This document shows positions 30,778-44,000 of a DNA stretch of 64,000 nucleotides, in pieces. This DNA is from Enoplolaimus lenunculus (lineage: Eukaryota). The position numbers and the translations under genes were made by a program. Numbering within the stretch: position 1 is the first letter of the stretch; each line of letters begins with the position of its first letter. The notes under the pieces are model-generated. The model saw only the letters and a list, made by a program, of their open reading frames with translations, was not told the DNA's origin and ran no database searches. The stretch covers positions 248,001-312,000 of the forward strand of contig JASANG010001204.1 in assembly GCA_030248215.1 (NCBI GenBank). Reading direction: 5' to 3'.

Positions 30778-33700
30778 CTAAAAAAATTGTAAACTACACT
30801 AAATTGGCCCATGTATAGAAAAGGGCCGGAACAGTAGTATGAGTATATTCATTAGCCTACGCCTAAGCAAATAAAGTTAGTGTAAAGCTTAACCTGACTC
30901 TGTTACAGCCACACAGGAAAACATTTACCCTGTTCTATACATGATCCCTTAATAAATTAAGTTAGGCTAAGGTTGCACCAGGAGGAGTTCCAGGTGCCAA
31001 AACCCTCTTTTTAGTACAAAGGTACAAAGAGACGGTTTCAGTTCGCAACATATGACTCCAACCCTTGGAACTTTTGTTACAGCGTAACCCCGCTTTCCAA
31101 AATAATGGCTACAGCCCATGAACAAAGCGAGAGAGTTTATTATACTATATATGTCAGTATTTAAAACTGTATTCCATACTTAGTTGCTTTTCGATAAATG
31201 TAATTTTTTGGTTTTACATTAAAAGTTGTATTAAATGATAGCATCATGGAATTGCAGGAAATATTGTGACTATTTTGCAAGTTGAATTCAGTTCCACTCC
31301 TCCGACGATTGCGTTTCTTTCTGCCAATTAAAATTTTGTAGTTGAAACCTTTCTATGTGCCCAAGTTCGGCTTTTTGGAAACCCAGGTATAAGTAACTAG
31401 CGGTAGGTGTTAAACACGATTGAGAATAAGAATCTTAATGTCAACCATTCTTTTTTTACAAAATTAAAACAAATATTAGACTTTCTGAACAAAAAACAAA
31501 CTTCGATTGCAGTCATGATCATTACGGCACATGCATATGCGGCCACTGAGCATTTTGTATTGGCTGATAAGTGTATGATTGTACATAGCACAACCGCTTT
31601 GGGGCCAGTCCGCTGCTCGACCTCTGAATGATACGCCGTCCGCGGACCATATTCGTAGCCGTTGTTTCTAAAACAACTAACGTAGTAGCTAAGTGTATGT
31701 TCGATTTTTTGACCTTTTCACACATGAATATTTTTTATTTTATTTGAGACATTTTCAAGCTAGGATTCGAAGTCAACACTCAATTGGACAAATTTATCAC
31801 TGTCACCTCGCTGTAGAAGCTTAACGCTCGAGTTCGAGAGTACTCCCATGTCTTATGAAAATTTTGTACTACGCATACGCGCAGTTATGCTGGCCCTATA
31901 CTTGACGTTTTGCGGTGTCCAAACACTAGACGGCGCCGGAAGTCAAAACATTTTGTTTTACACGTTGTTATACTATGCCTTGCTGTAAATCATGTACCTT
32001 CCCGTATGGTGGCGGATGACGTACAACAGCACCGAATCGAAATCCCTAATTGCTAAACACTGCGCTTGTGTATAATTTTGCGTACACGGTGCTAATTTGC
32101 TTATAGTCTACACTATGTGTGAAGAAGTTAAAGCTTCGCCCATTAACAATGACATACATATGGTTCCGGCTCACACTAAAGGTTGACTTACGCCAATAAC
32201 TATGCGTTCATAGGTTGCTATCTCTCATATTTGGTGTGTTTTTTTGTAATTTGAATGTCGTAGGAGACAAAATTCATTGTGTAAAAAAAATTATAAAATG
32301 TGAGCACTTTTGTAGTTTCGCCCCCTGTGGGAAAGTCTCACTCCCCAGTTAAGAACTATTTTTACGCAGTGTTGTCAATATGAACGTATACAAGGTTGAT
32401 AGGGGGGAATAGGATCCTTGCCAAAATTTTTTTGAAAGGTATTAAAAATGTACTTTTACACACTGCAGAATAATGGAGAGTTCAAATAAACTTTCTCGCT
32501 CGCTATGCTCGCTCGCTCATAGGTTTTCAGTTAGCTAATGCCTTTTCGAAATATAAACCCTGGCAAATGCGACTGTTGTCATTATAAACACATAGTTCAG
32601 GACAAGCAGATTTGTTTTTTGCTAAAAATGTTGGCTGTTCAGCCATCTCATCTTTTTAGTAACAATTTGGAAGTTCATTATCAAAATGTTGCAAAACTAA
32701 TTTATCCCTTTGAGACAGACTGACCAATCAAAATTTGTTGCCAAAGGCTGAGTTATGCGAACTGGCAAGAAACTACCAGGGCTCCAACCGGAACTAGATT
32801 TTGTTAGAAGCGGAATCGGGATTGGAATTAAATTTTTCTGTCGGAACCGGAATCGAAATCGGAATCAAGTTTTAGTAATTCTATTAAAAAGTTAAAGGTG
32901 TATGACTTAGCTTTTGTTGCAGTATGCCTGTTTCCGTAAACTGTTTACAGTTTCAGTAAAAAATCTTTATATAGCTGACGGAATACGCGTAACAACTCGA
33001 AATATTTACTAAGAAAAAACCAACAAAATAACTGGAAACGATTGAAACAAAACGAAACAAGCAAAATCAAAGTTCAATCATCTTAAAAACTCATAACCGA
33101 AAAAATCAGAATTTCGCCATCGAAACAGCAGTCAGCCGGAATCGGAATCGGAAGTCAAATTTTGCCGGAATTTCACTGGAATCGGAATTCCGATCGAACC
33201 CTGAAAAATACACTTTATCGCCGCCTTTACGCTCAACTATGATCTGGTTGTAATTACGGTAAGCGAAGGGAATTTTAGCAAATTTTTAAATGTAGCACGC
33301 TGCGGTATTTGGCGTCGTCCAACGCCGCGCGGCACCGCACGTTTCTTAAAAATTGTTTTGTGACTTGCCGAACGAAGCCGCGCAACGCCGCGTGTAGCTT
33401 TTCATCACACTTCTTTTCTGAAAGCCAATGCCATTAAAAATAGGGGTTGCGTTATGCTTTTTGAAGATGTTTGGTGGTGCGCAAATTGTTGTACGATGCC
33501 AGAACACATCAAACACCAAAACAAAAAATATTATCGCCGCACCAAGCGACGGCCAAGTATAGGAGCAACTCTAACAAGCAGGGTTCGAAAATTAGCAGAA
33601 ACGTGCTTTAAACAATTTTCGCGATTTTATTATCAAGTTTTTAACTATCTTTCGTACACAGGGATACGTGCTCCAAAAATTTTAATCTGGCAATTTTCTA

Positions 33701-35042
33701 GCAAAATTTATCGAATACAAAGACGTTGATGTTGTGAAAAACCTTTTTTCAAGCAGAACCTAATACTTCTAAATAAGTTTCAAATAAACCGTGACTGCGT
33801 GCTGTAAAACCAAAACAGGAACAGGAGTAGAATTTTACAGGAATTCTGGCCAGAAACGTAAACAGGAACAGGAGTCGAATTCTGCAGGAATTTTGGCCAG
33901 AACACAAAACAGGAACAGTAATCGAATTTTATAGAGCCAGAACAGTAAACAGGAACAGGAGTCGAATTTTGCAAGAATTTTGGCCAGAACAGTAAACAGG
34001 AACAGTAATCAAATTTTGCAGGAATTCTGGCCAAGACAGTAAATAGGAATCGGAATCAAATTTTGCAGGAATTCGGGCCAAAACAGTAAACCGGAACAGT
34101 AGTCGAATTTTGCAACAATTCTCGCCGGAACATCAACACCGGTGCAACTCTACGGTAAGAGAAAGTCGACTTACGAAAAAATAGCACGGATCACTGATAC
34201 AGACAAAGCACCAGTCATATTTGTCAGCGCCAGAACAATTCAAATGTGTCCCTGGCGGCGGCGAACTGTGTACACTAAGTGTTGAATTGAACAAACAACA
34301 ATTGATTCCTGTAAAGCATTAAACCCGTTGAGATTAGTATGCGTTGTCACAATATTTTTCGACTTTTAGTTTAGTATACTTTTGAAGTTCTTTAAACTTA
34401 TTGGCTGCGTTTCTAAAACCTTACTTAAGTACCACTTTTAAGCTTAAGTATATGTTAAGCAATTACTACACTAATTTAACGTTTGCAAAAGCATACAATA
34501 AATTAAGTAAATCCTTAAGTCGCTGACCAAATTTGATGCGTTTATGACACTGGCTCAAAGCTGACATTTGTATCTGCATAAAAAGCTGAGTAGTGGCTTA
34601 AGTCGGGCACTTGAGCAATTACTTTAGCATACCTTAAGTAAATACTTAAATAAGATTTCGGAAACCCAACCAATGTCACTTCAGTGTTGCGTTTTGAGAA
34701 CCCCGATGCACAATTAGCAAAACGGTGGACACGCGGCTCATTAGGACAGAAATTTTTTGGTACTTTATTGTATGTTTTGTTCGCAGATTGAAATGAGAAC
34801 CTTAACATGTACACCGGATTTTTAGTTATGACAATATAGTTGAATGGCCGTGAATTTTTCTCAATCAAAAGTTAGCAAAGTTTTCAACTCAATGATGAAT
34901 CGTTACTTAAAACAAATATCAAATTGAACAAAAAACAACATAGAAAATTGAATGCAAACTTACCGAATTTTCTGCGTTTTTCACTGTTATTAATGCAAAC
35001 CATGGCAATGAATAATGATATAGCTAGTAAACATTTCGTCAT
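30608..35042 (-). CDS. 4-exon gene for a 182-aa Ly6/quiver-like (three-finger-like) Cys-rich membrane-anchored protein
   Basis: Exons 35042-34964, 34308-34175, 31667-31502, 30777-30608 (79+134+166+170=549 nt, phases 1/0/1, all GT-AG) give signal peptide, 10-Cys ectodomain ending CMCRNDHDCN, hydrophobic C-terminal segment, stop. Confidence 0.82.
31502..31667 (-). CDS. Ly6-like gene exon 3: KQRLRIWSADGVSFRGRAADWPQSGCAMYNHTLISQYKMLSGRICMCRNDHDCNR
   Basis: gttttag acceptor, gtttgt donor, 166 nt, phase 0/1; CxCx5CN motif; a different frame from the two ORF-track ORFs here. Confidence 0.82.
33813..34152. repeat. 47-bp minisatellite (~7 units) in intron 2 of the Ly6-like gene
   Basis: aaacaggaacaggagtcgaattttgcaggaattctggccagaacagt units start at 33813, 33860, 33907, 33947, 33994, 34041, 34088. 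Confidence 0.85.
34175..34308 (-). CDS. Ly6-like gene exon 2: INCCLFNSTLSVHSSPPPGTHLNCSGADKYDWCFVCISDPCYFF
   Basis: ctttacag acceptor, gtaagt donor, 134 nt, phase 1/0; six Cys, two N-glycosylation sequons. Confidence 0.8.
34964..35042 (-). CDS. Ly6-like gene exon 1 (signal peptide): MTKCLLAISLFIAMVCINNSEKRRKF
   Basis: ATG preceded by an in-frame TAA (35051-35049), hydrophobic core, g|gtaagt phase-1 donor. Confidence 0.8.
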
Positions 35043-36701
35043 TAACAATTATCCGGCGTCACATCCCATTAAGTCAGGCTTCGGAAGACACACAAAGCTT
35101 GCGTGTGTGTGTATATAATATTTATGAGCGAGTAAAAACAAACAGTTCGATGCGCGATGAATATTGTGAAACAAACAACTAAGCTGACAGCAGTCAAGTG
35201 TATTTGGCTCTCTGTTGATATGGCAGTTAAAAGCTATATAGAACCAATACTTTTGTATTTCTATGCCCTGTTCAAACAATGCACTGTTTTAAGCTTAAAC
35301 TTTTCACATAAACAATCTAAAACTACTGGTAATAATAAAACACATTTTTTTTGTTTTGTAAGCAGTTTCTTCTTGTCTTGAAACAAACTTTTACTGGTCG
35401 GAAATTTACTCTGAGAAACATTGTAATCGACTGCTTTTTAAAAAAATTTTAAAAAATTAAAACCATCATTTGTATTTATGCCAACTACCATTCAACAGAT
35501 TGATGTCCTTCTACATATTTTTTCAGTCACAAATATAATGTAAATATTTGCGTGTACCCGTGCGCGTTCATGATCTTTCATGGGCTGTAATAACGCTGAA
35601 AAATATGACAAAGATGATCAGTGTTACTTTAGCGGCGTAACAGTATATTTCTCAGCATATTCGTATTGTTCTTATGGCTAAGCCTAAACTTTAGCATAAA
35701 AATAAGTTTAAATTAAAATATTCAAAATACAGTATTTCTAATGTTTTTTCGTAATTTTCTTTGTGTTTTTCAGCTTTTTGTGTGTTCTCAGAATATCTGC
35801 TAATAATTATTACGTAACGTTTACCAGAATTTGTTGAATTGTCGACTTCTGGTCTCGGTTCCAAACCACCGAGACTCACTTAACCGAGACCTGCTAAATT
35901 CCGAGACTGTCATTGCTGATCCTAGCCAGCTCTATTTTATAGTGCCTATACAAATATTGCAACTGAACACAACGCTACATAAATGTAATATGAGAATTGT
36001 TAGCTACGTTATGATATCTGAATGTCATCTAGCAATAGAGATTTGAATTAACTATCCGGCTCCTTCCGGATATACGATGTGGGGTTCATAGCCAAAGGAA
36101 GACCACGACACCTCGCCCTTCTAAGAAATTTTTAGCCCTGCTTGTAATCCCTGTAAACTTCGAGCATGTCCTCCTAAAATATTTTAGCTTCCTCTAGCAA
36201 AGTGACCCTGTTCCAGGCCTGCTTACAAGCTAAAGCGCAGTCGATGATTAGTCAGACTGGTGTCAGTGTTTTTCGTTGAACCAAACTCGGCAGTTTTCGT
36301 GCTAAATTTACTAATAACCGTAAATTCACCGCCAAACAAACAGTAGTTTGGCTTTAGCAAAAAAACGCATTAGAACTAATTATACACCTGTATACCGCAT
36401 GTGACAGGTTAATTCCACCATAGGTTTTATCTTTTCAACCAATCCTTTGCGATCATTGCACGGTTTATATAAAACTGAAAATGTGTTATAATGATGTTTT
36501 TTGACGTTTGTTGTGACCCGAATCAAATGAAATTCTCATGCCGATTGCTTAGGTAACCAGTTGTTTGGGTGCAAAATTTAGGTTGTTCCACCAGTTAGGA
36601 ATTCAAAGAAACGTGATTACAGGTCCAATTAGAAATTCAAAGAAAGACGATTACAGGTCATAAATGTCGTAAGCAGAACCGAGACTAGCGCCCATGTATT
36701 A

Positions 36702-36933
36702 AGGGTGACGCTATACTTGTCGTGCGGCGCCGACCGATACTGTCCATCATCGTCAGTCATACGGTATGGTACGTGAGTAATTAGCGTACGATACCGGCAC
36801 AGTGACACACGGTGACGGACGGCAACAGACGTCATTAAAAGTATAGCGTCACGGTGACGGACGGCAACAGACGTCATCAAAAGTATAGCGTCACGGTGAT
36901 GGGCGGCAACAGACGTCATCAAAAGTATAGCGT
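36702..36933. mobile_element. Harbinger-like MITE with right end triplicated (3 x 42 bp)
   Basis: Left TIR gtgacgctatactt; 42-bp units at 36808, 36850, 36892 each carry aagtatagcgt; relatives near 2515-2690 and 33290-33570. Confidence 0.7.
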
Positions 36934-37741
36934 ACACGCTAACTCTGTGTAAAATCGATGCCTTGATGTTTGTTAGCTGCCAGTTTAGTGTGCTGAATGT
37001 AACCGTTGAAGCAATGGGGTACCAGAGAAAGGTGCATACAGGTCATATCGTCATAAGCAGTGCCGAGCTGCGGCTCCTTCTACCACATAAAAGACCTCGT
37101 CCCGGTGCAGATCTCACCAAAGTGAGATGTGGATCAAGATTTTTTACCCGACCAGCGCCTTACCCACGCAAATAAAAATTTTTGACCAGCGGGGACACCC
37201 GCGCAAAATAGGTCTAGCCGTAGCCCACCTTCTATTTGCACCTGCAGCTATACCAATAGTTTAATGATCGCAAGTGATTTGCACTTTAATGAAGTTTTGC
37301 TTTATAGCTTCAACGAATTGTACAGATGAAAGTTGACTAGAAACAACAAAATTTCAAAGTTTCAAACCCAATTAAATAAAGCACCGGACAGCAACTGACC
37401 AGAAGTAAAAGAGACAAAAGCGTATGTTTTGCACCTTAAAACTTAAAAGTTTGGCGCGATTAACAACTGTACTTTTACCTGCGTGATAAAATGTTTACCC
37501 GCGGTTGAAATTCTTTATCCAACTCGCGTTAACCTGCGGGTAAAGTCCCACTATGGGTCTCACTAAAGAGAGAGTCGGCGAATATTTTGGAAACATTCTC
37601 AGATAACTAGTAAAAAATTTTGAAATTTCAAAACATTTAAATTTCATGGCAGATGCGCTGTAAACACAATAGCAAGAAGCTAACCTAGGTCAATTCATAA
37701 CTGGCCTGAATAGCAGTTTGGCATACAACATATATGCAACC

Positions 37742-38077
37742 AAAATTGAATCCTACCAACGTTCATAATATGTATATGGGCCCCAAACACCTACTTGCCC
37801 CTGTTGGCAACTGTGACGTCCCAAACGATAATTGCCGTTTGGGCTGTCCCGAACAGCAACTGGAATGCAAACTGCTTTTGATTCTAGGATTGCACAGACC
37901 AGATAGTTAAAATTGAATCCTACCAACGTTCATAATATGGATATGGGCCCAAACACCACCCCCGCAACCCCCCCAAACACCCACACCCCCCCACTCCCAA
38001 ACGATAATTGCTGTTTGGGCTGTCCCGAACAGCAACTGGAGTGCAAACTGCTTTTGATTCTAGGATTGCACAGACCA
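37742..38077. repeat. Direct tandem duplication, ~167-bp unit, with a diverged inverted copy at ~38420-38500
   Basis: aaaattgaatcctaccaacgttcataatatg at 37742 and 37909; tttgggctgtcccgaacagcaactgga in both. Confidence 0.85.
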
Positions 38078-41000
38078 AATAGCTATTGGACTGTTAACTG
38101 TTTGTGATTTCTTGTCCAGGCTTGGCAGTGTTCGAGAGAACTGCCTTACATAGTTATTTCCCTGCACCGTATTTGCAAACTATGAATTAAACAAGGTTTA
38201 TACAGTATACAAACGAAGCTGATCGAACTCGTGCCGTAATGTTTAATCGAATGCAACGTTACGTGGATAATGTCTATATTTCTGTTGTTTTGATTAGCTA
38301 ATCAAATTTTTCTGTAATGTTTCACCCCATATAAACCTTGTTTAATTTATAGCCTGCAAACATGGCGACGACAAATAGATACTGTGCACGTCAGTTTTCT
38401 CGAATATAGTCAAACATGAACAACCAATCAAAACCAGTTCGCATACCAGTAGCTGTTTGGACTGCCCCGAACAGCAATTGTTTGAAACGTCAGGGTTGAC
38501 AACTGGGGTAAATAGCTGTTCTGGGCACGACATGTTCCCGGAGCATAATCCATGTACGCAGCATGTAATTTTCTAAATAAACTTTTATTAAATTAGCATT
38601 GATTAATTATGCAAAAATTCGTAATTATTGTGAGAAACGGAATACGGTGAATTATTGAAAATTATGACAACTAGTAAACGTAGTTACACGCATGTGCCAC
38701 ACAAATTTGCCGGTATTTCAAGTGTTTACCTGAATTCTTCATAAGCAAGGCGAAATTCACCATCACCACAAAACTTTGAAACCTGAGACATGCAAGCTTA
38801 GCGACAGCTCAAAATTTCAATTAAAACAAAAGAACACTAATGTTTAAGAGGTGGTAACGTCTTAATCAACGTTTTCAAAACCATAGGTTACACTGACAAA
38901 AACTTAGCAATATCAGTCAATCTATACGACCCACAAATTCTTTGCAGAACAACAATGTAGAAATTTACGAATACAAGAACATAACCCTTTCCGAAATTTT
39001 TGTACATCAGAAATGTGCTTTTGCACGCCTCACAATGATCAGTTAGCTTCCAAAGTCAAAAAATACGTTTATGTTTGCCCAAAATGAAATCTAGGCTACG
39101 CCCTGGTTTTAAGGCGTCATTTGGTTTAAGAATCCCGATTGTACTCAATGCGGTCTCTTAAAATATTTTCTTTATTTGCAAATTACTGATAGAGAACACA
39201 TTAAAGCATCTAAGAGCCTTTATTGTCACTTGTTCATAATCGAAAGTTGGAAACAGTAAAATTTGAAACCTACAAATTAAGGTCACGCATATGGTTGTAT
39301 AAAAGGTGTGAATGAAACCTACTATAAATAAACAAGATAAACGCACCGCAAGCTGTACAAAACGGTTTGTTTTTACCTAAAACTTCATACTCTAAGCCAT
39401 GTTCGAAACCAGGATTTCATTTAGGAAGGGTTTGACATATGTAATATGTTGTATCACCAAGTGTAGCGAGTGGAATATTTTTTAAGCCTGTCAACGTGGC
39501 TTTTTTTGTCATTTTTCCAAAAAATTGCGTGAGCGGATACCATTACCTTTGTCTCTACTCATATAAGACCCTACTGTTCACCGTAGACTTAAACGAAATA
39601 AATCTCAACACAGCAAATGATAGTATAGCTCGGCTTAGGCTACGTTGTTCGATATGATTTAACTTTAGGTCAGATATTGTTTTCTATGCGAAAATTTGCT
39701 TGACGCAGACGAAAAATATCTGTACATGACGTCATATTATGATGTTCCTTTCGAGTATGCTTGAACGGCTGTTACAGTGACGTAATAGTTGGGGATTAAG
39801 TCATTTACTCCCACAAATTCTGTGCCTTAGTTGACCAGTTTCACACCAATTCTAGAGGACCGCCGGCAGCTGGAGAGACCGGTAAACCCATCGCTTTCGC
39901 GTATGTGCCCTTCTGATTTTAGGATTGACTGTTACTCTCGTTTGTTAAACCTTACAGTATTCGACATTCTACACTTCTGGGAGGGGGATAGATCCCCTAG
40001 TCGCGGTACTGCACGCACCAATGACAATCCTGCAAATGACATAGGGTCACAATTTTATTGGGTTGTAGGTCTAACATACATCTTGTACGAGGCATAATTT
40101 CTTGAGGCTTCTTTGCTCACAATGTTTTTTACAATAATTACAAGTGCGCACCTGTGCTATAATAAACTGAAATTCCCTTATACTGGGACCCTGTACACTT
40201 CAGACTTTTTGAAACGGCCTGGAAAGTTCAAAAGTTCGGCTATATCACTCAAATCAAACGGTAGTCTTAACACATCACACCGGAATTTGAAAATAATATT
40301 TAAGTAACTTAAATTTAAGTGGACAGCAGAGTTGTTATTGGACCAGTCAGATAGAGTTAAAATTGCTAACCAAAACAAAATCTTAAGCCATACGCAAAAT
40401 ACAATAAACACCATATTGTCTCGGTATTGTTTAAACATTTCAAAACAAAATAAATCATGCCCTTCACAGTTTGACAGGGGTTCGAAAAGTTAAAGTTGTT
40501 GGCAGGCGAAACCAACAAAAAACCCCACACAACTGGGTTTTTTGGATGACCAAGGCAAGAGACGCTATTAGTAATGCTGCCTAGTGCTCCAGAGCGAAGG
40601 CGGGAGCTGGCCGTATTGTGAAAAATCACTTAGCCATTTATTTTTTTGGAACAGACAACAACAGTTTGTAGGCTTAGCGCAACAGTGGCACGTTTAAGAA
40701 AAATGTTAGTACACGAAATATAGTAGGCTTAGAGTTGTGAAATAATAATATTACAAGGTGACTTTTGTAAATCTACATAAAATTTCACCATTGCAAAATC
40801 GAAACGAAAGCTTCAAAGACATGATGCCTTCAAACGAACCATGCGCGTTTTTAAATGTTTCGAACATGTTACAATAAATTTACTGCATTTAATAAAGCGT
40901 TGTCATGCCGATAACCAGTATTATTTTAATATGAAAGAATATGTTATATATCAAGGTGTAACCGCAATTATAAATTACCCGAATCAGAACTCTAAAAAGT

Positions 41001-44000
41001 GCTGGAACCGGAGCTGGAACCGGAAAACAAAAAATGCTTGTTACCGAAAAATTCATTTTTAAAGCTATTTTATCGGTTTCAATAGGAAAATTGTTTATTA
41101 TTAGCGATAAGAATATGTGCTGCTAATTACTCTACCAGGGTATTTTCGTCTAGAGTTTGTTAAATACTTATCTCAGCAGTTTTGCATGATTTCGTTCCCC
41201 TAATCTACCTTTGATGAAAGGCAGGTCATACATATATTTGACACCCAACTCCGTTGGTGTAGCAGTATGCCAAATTAAGAGGTACCGCTCGAATAACTTC
41301 ACACTGCATACCTCCGCTGATTGCTATTGCACGCGGAAACACGAATATCAGGGATGTCAGTCGCACTCCTCTTATTAAATGGAACATAAAGACATTTATA
41401 TAAAAAATGCACCGACTTATCGCTCTCGCTTCGCGCGCAAAATATTTTAAACTAAGTCTGTCTGTCTCTGTTCCATGGCTCTCTGACCGGTGATCGAATT
41501 CCTTGTCCTTGTCGGATCTGATAATCTCTTTGTTGTGAGGTTAGCTGGTGAACCCCTGTTTGGCACCCTTAGAAAAAATCGTTCCCGCGTCACTGCTATT
41601 TTCGAAGATTGTAGCATTTCATGAAAAAAATTATTATACAATTGACTGAGAATAAAAATACGTGACATCTAAAAATCTACACACGACTTATGGTCTTTGA
41701 TTTAGCAAAAAAACTGACTAAAGATGGTCAGTTACCGATTATGCACGAATCTAAAATACTTGAAACAAATCATATTTTTGCATGCCGGTTGGTTCAAATT
41801 TTGCGAAAATCAATGGATTTATAATATTTTAAATTTAAGTCATATATTTTGAAAAAGCACCACTAGAGAAATAACATTTGCAGCGTTATATTTCTTCATT
41901 TTTCGATCAGCAACGCCACTCGTTCTCGTTTAATATTTATTTATTTGCTCTCGTAAAAGTATCGACAAAAACTTATCGTTTAGAACCAATTTTAACGATA
42001 GATCAGGGCAAATTTGAACAAATTTACACGCCAACAATACGGTTTGAAAATATTAAATCCACTTTGTGGTCATATAATAACCGCTATATAGCACTCTAGG
42101 GCTAAATTTTCCATCTTAACTGTCAAATTAAATTTTGAATCGTACGAATTGTACTTTAGAACTGAAAGTTAAATGGTTTTTTTCGCTCGATCTGGAATAC
42201 TAACAGGTTGTGCCATATTTGCCAGTATATCATAACGAGTATACGAAACAAAGGTCAAGCGAGTGCATCAAAGCTTAAGCGAACAGTCTGTTAAATAGAC
42301 AAATAACAGATTAGTTTAAAAAACGTTAAGCCCTAAACACAACTGGTATATCTATTTAATAACTTATTATGTCAAAGTCTATAACGAAAACAATATGAAA
42401 ACTTAACTTACAATAGAAATGTGGCTACCAACGAGACCCGTCCAAATTCAAAGTTCAAAAAAACAAAGTTATAAACAAATATGTTGATTTGTATTCCAAG
42501 TTTAACCATGAAACAAGACAGTCTGTTATATATAACACCAAAAATATACCTACCAACAAAGCATCGATTGATAATACTTGTGTCCACTGGCCCCTACATC
42601 CAAGTGCGCCTAGAAACACTGATAAGCTAACACTAATTTATCACAGTTACTCGCATGACTCGTTTGTAATACGGTTTTGTCGCTAAATACACACCAGTTG
42701 ACAACATACAAGGGGAGATATGGTTAAAAATAAAAATTAGCCATTAAAATCATTAATACAATTATGAGGTCAAACACTACTTTTTCCTGCTTGCTACGCA
42801 CGTTCGCATCCATGGAAACTTATGTCCGAAATGAAGTCTCGGGCTACGCCCCTTGCGGTACCTACATACAGCGAAAATACCGAGTTTTGTATAAACACTA
42901 ACGCAGATCCAACTTGTCACCGTTACGGATGAATGAATGATTGGTACGGAACTACTAAAATAAACATTGTGTATCGGAAAAAAGACACAGAACATAGAAA
43001 ATAACTCTATTCATGGGCTTCAGGTAAAAAATAATGTAGCATTAGAGCTTACAGGTTTGATGCGACTTTTGCCTACACTGCACTATGAACACAAACTTGT
43101 CAACACAAACCGTAGCCAACCAAGCGGAAATGAACCAAAAAAAGCAATGGGACCCTTTATAGACGAGCGTGCCGACGTTGTAGAGCACAAAAAACCCGAG
43201 GAAAAACAGTTTTCAATTGTTTCGGTCTGCAGCTATTTGGAACTCTCACCTGTTGAAGTTTTTATAGAACCGTCATTTGCTATAGGAGCGATATGCATCG
43301 CGGCTTTAGATAAAAGGTATGATTGTTGAGACTGACCTAGTTTACTACATACTGTTCGTTGTTGACTAAAGCTAAAATAGAAAGGAGCAATTGAATAGGA
43401 AGCTGCTCTTGTACAGATTCCTTTCATAGGCTTAGATTTTGGTTTAGGTTTAAGCTTGATCCAGAAAGCGTAAAATTACATGTTTTCAAACGAAGAACAA
43501 ATATTTACATTCCGTTTAATTAATAAGCATAGTCGTCTCTTGGGGTACCGCGCCACATTATGAAAACTGAACATCGAGAACGACAGTTCAAACGGTGATG
43601 TTGACAGAATCCAAATATTTCTGCACGGGCACCAACTGCAAACAATATTACGAACGTAGCGAGTGGGATGAGAAAAGCATATTTCAATGTTTTATTTTAC
43701 TCAAACTGTTCAGAAATTTAATCTTCGATCCTGTTGAGTTTTTAAAATTGATTTTGTTTTCCGACACCGGGCTCTGTTAGCTCGGGTTCTTTCACCCACG
43801 GGGTTGGAGAACGCTAAGTACGGCTCTGCTGACAGAGTTCCGAACACAAGCGTTTTATGGCGTACTCTTGGCCGTGTAAATTTAGTGGTTAATGTAACCG
43901 ACGTGTCTACAGTTTGCTTGGGAACTGCATACTAAGTATAATTTACAGTTATTACTGAACACTTTTCGAGACGTAGATAAATTTTATATCGTTCATAGAC

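Noticed and set aside
31397..31725. ORF-track ORFs 31397..31591, 31407..31631 and 31522..31725
   Set aside because: They overlap the Ly6-like exon 3 in the wrong frames or strand; only the third minus frame gives the Cys motif and compatible phases.
31998..32045. 48-nt phase 0/0 candidate exon (GFRFGAVVRHPPPYGK) inside the Ly6-like gene
   Set aside because: Weak acceptor, lies in repeat-like sequence, and is not needed for a coherent domain.
33813..34152. CRISPR-like array or coding ORF 33780..34034
   Set aside because: Contiguous 47-bp units without spacers; ORF is a by-product of the repeat.
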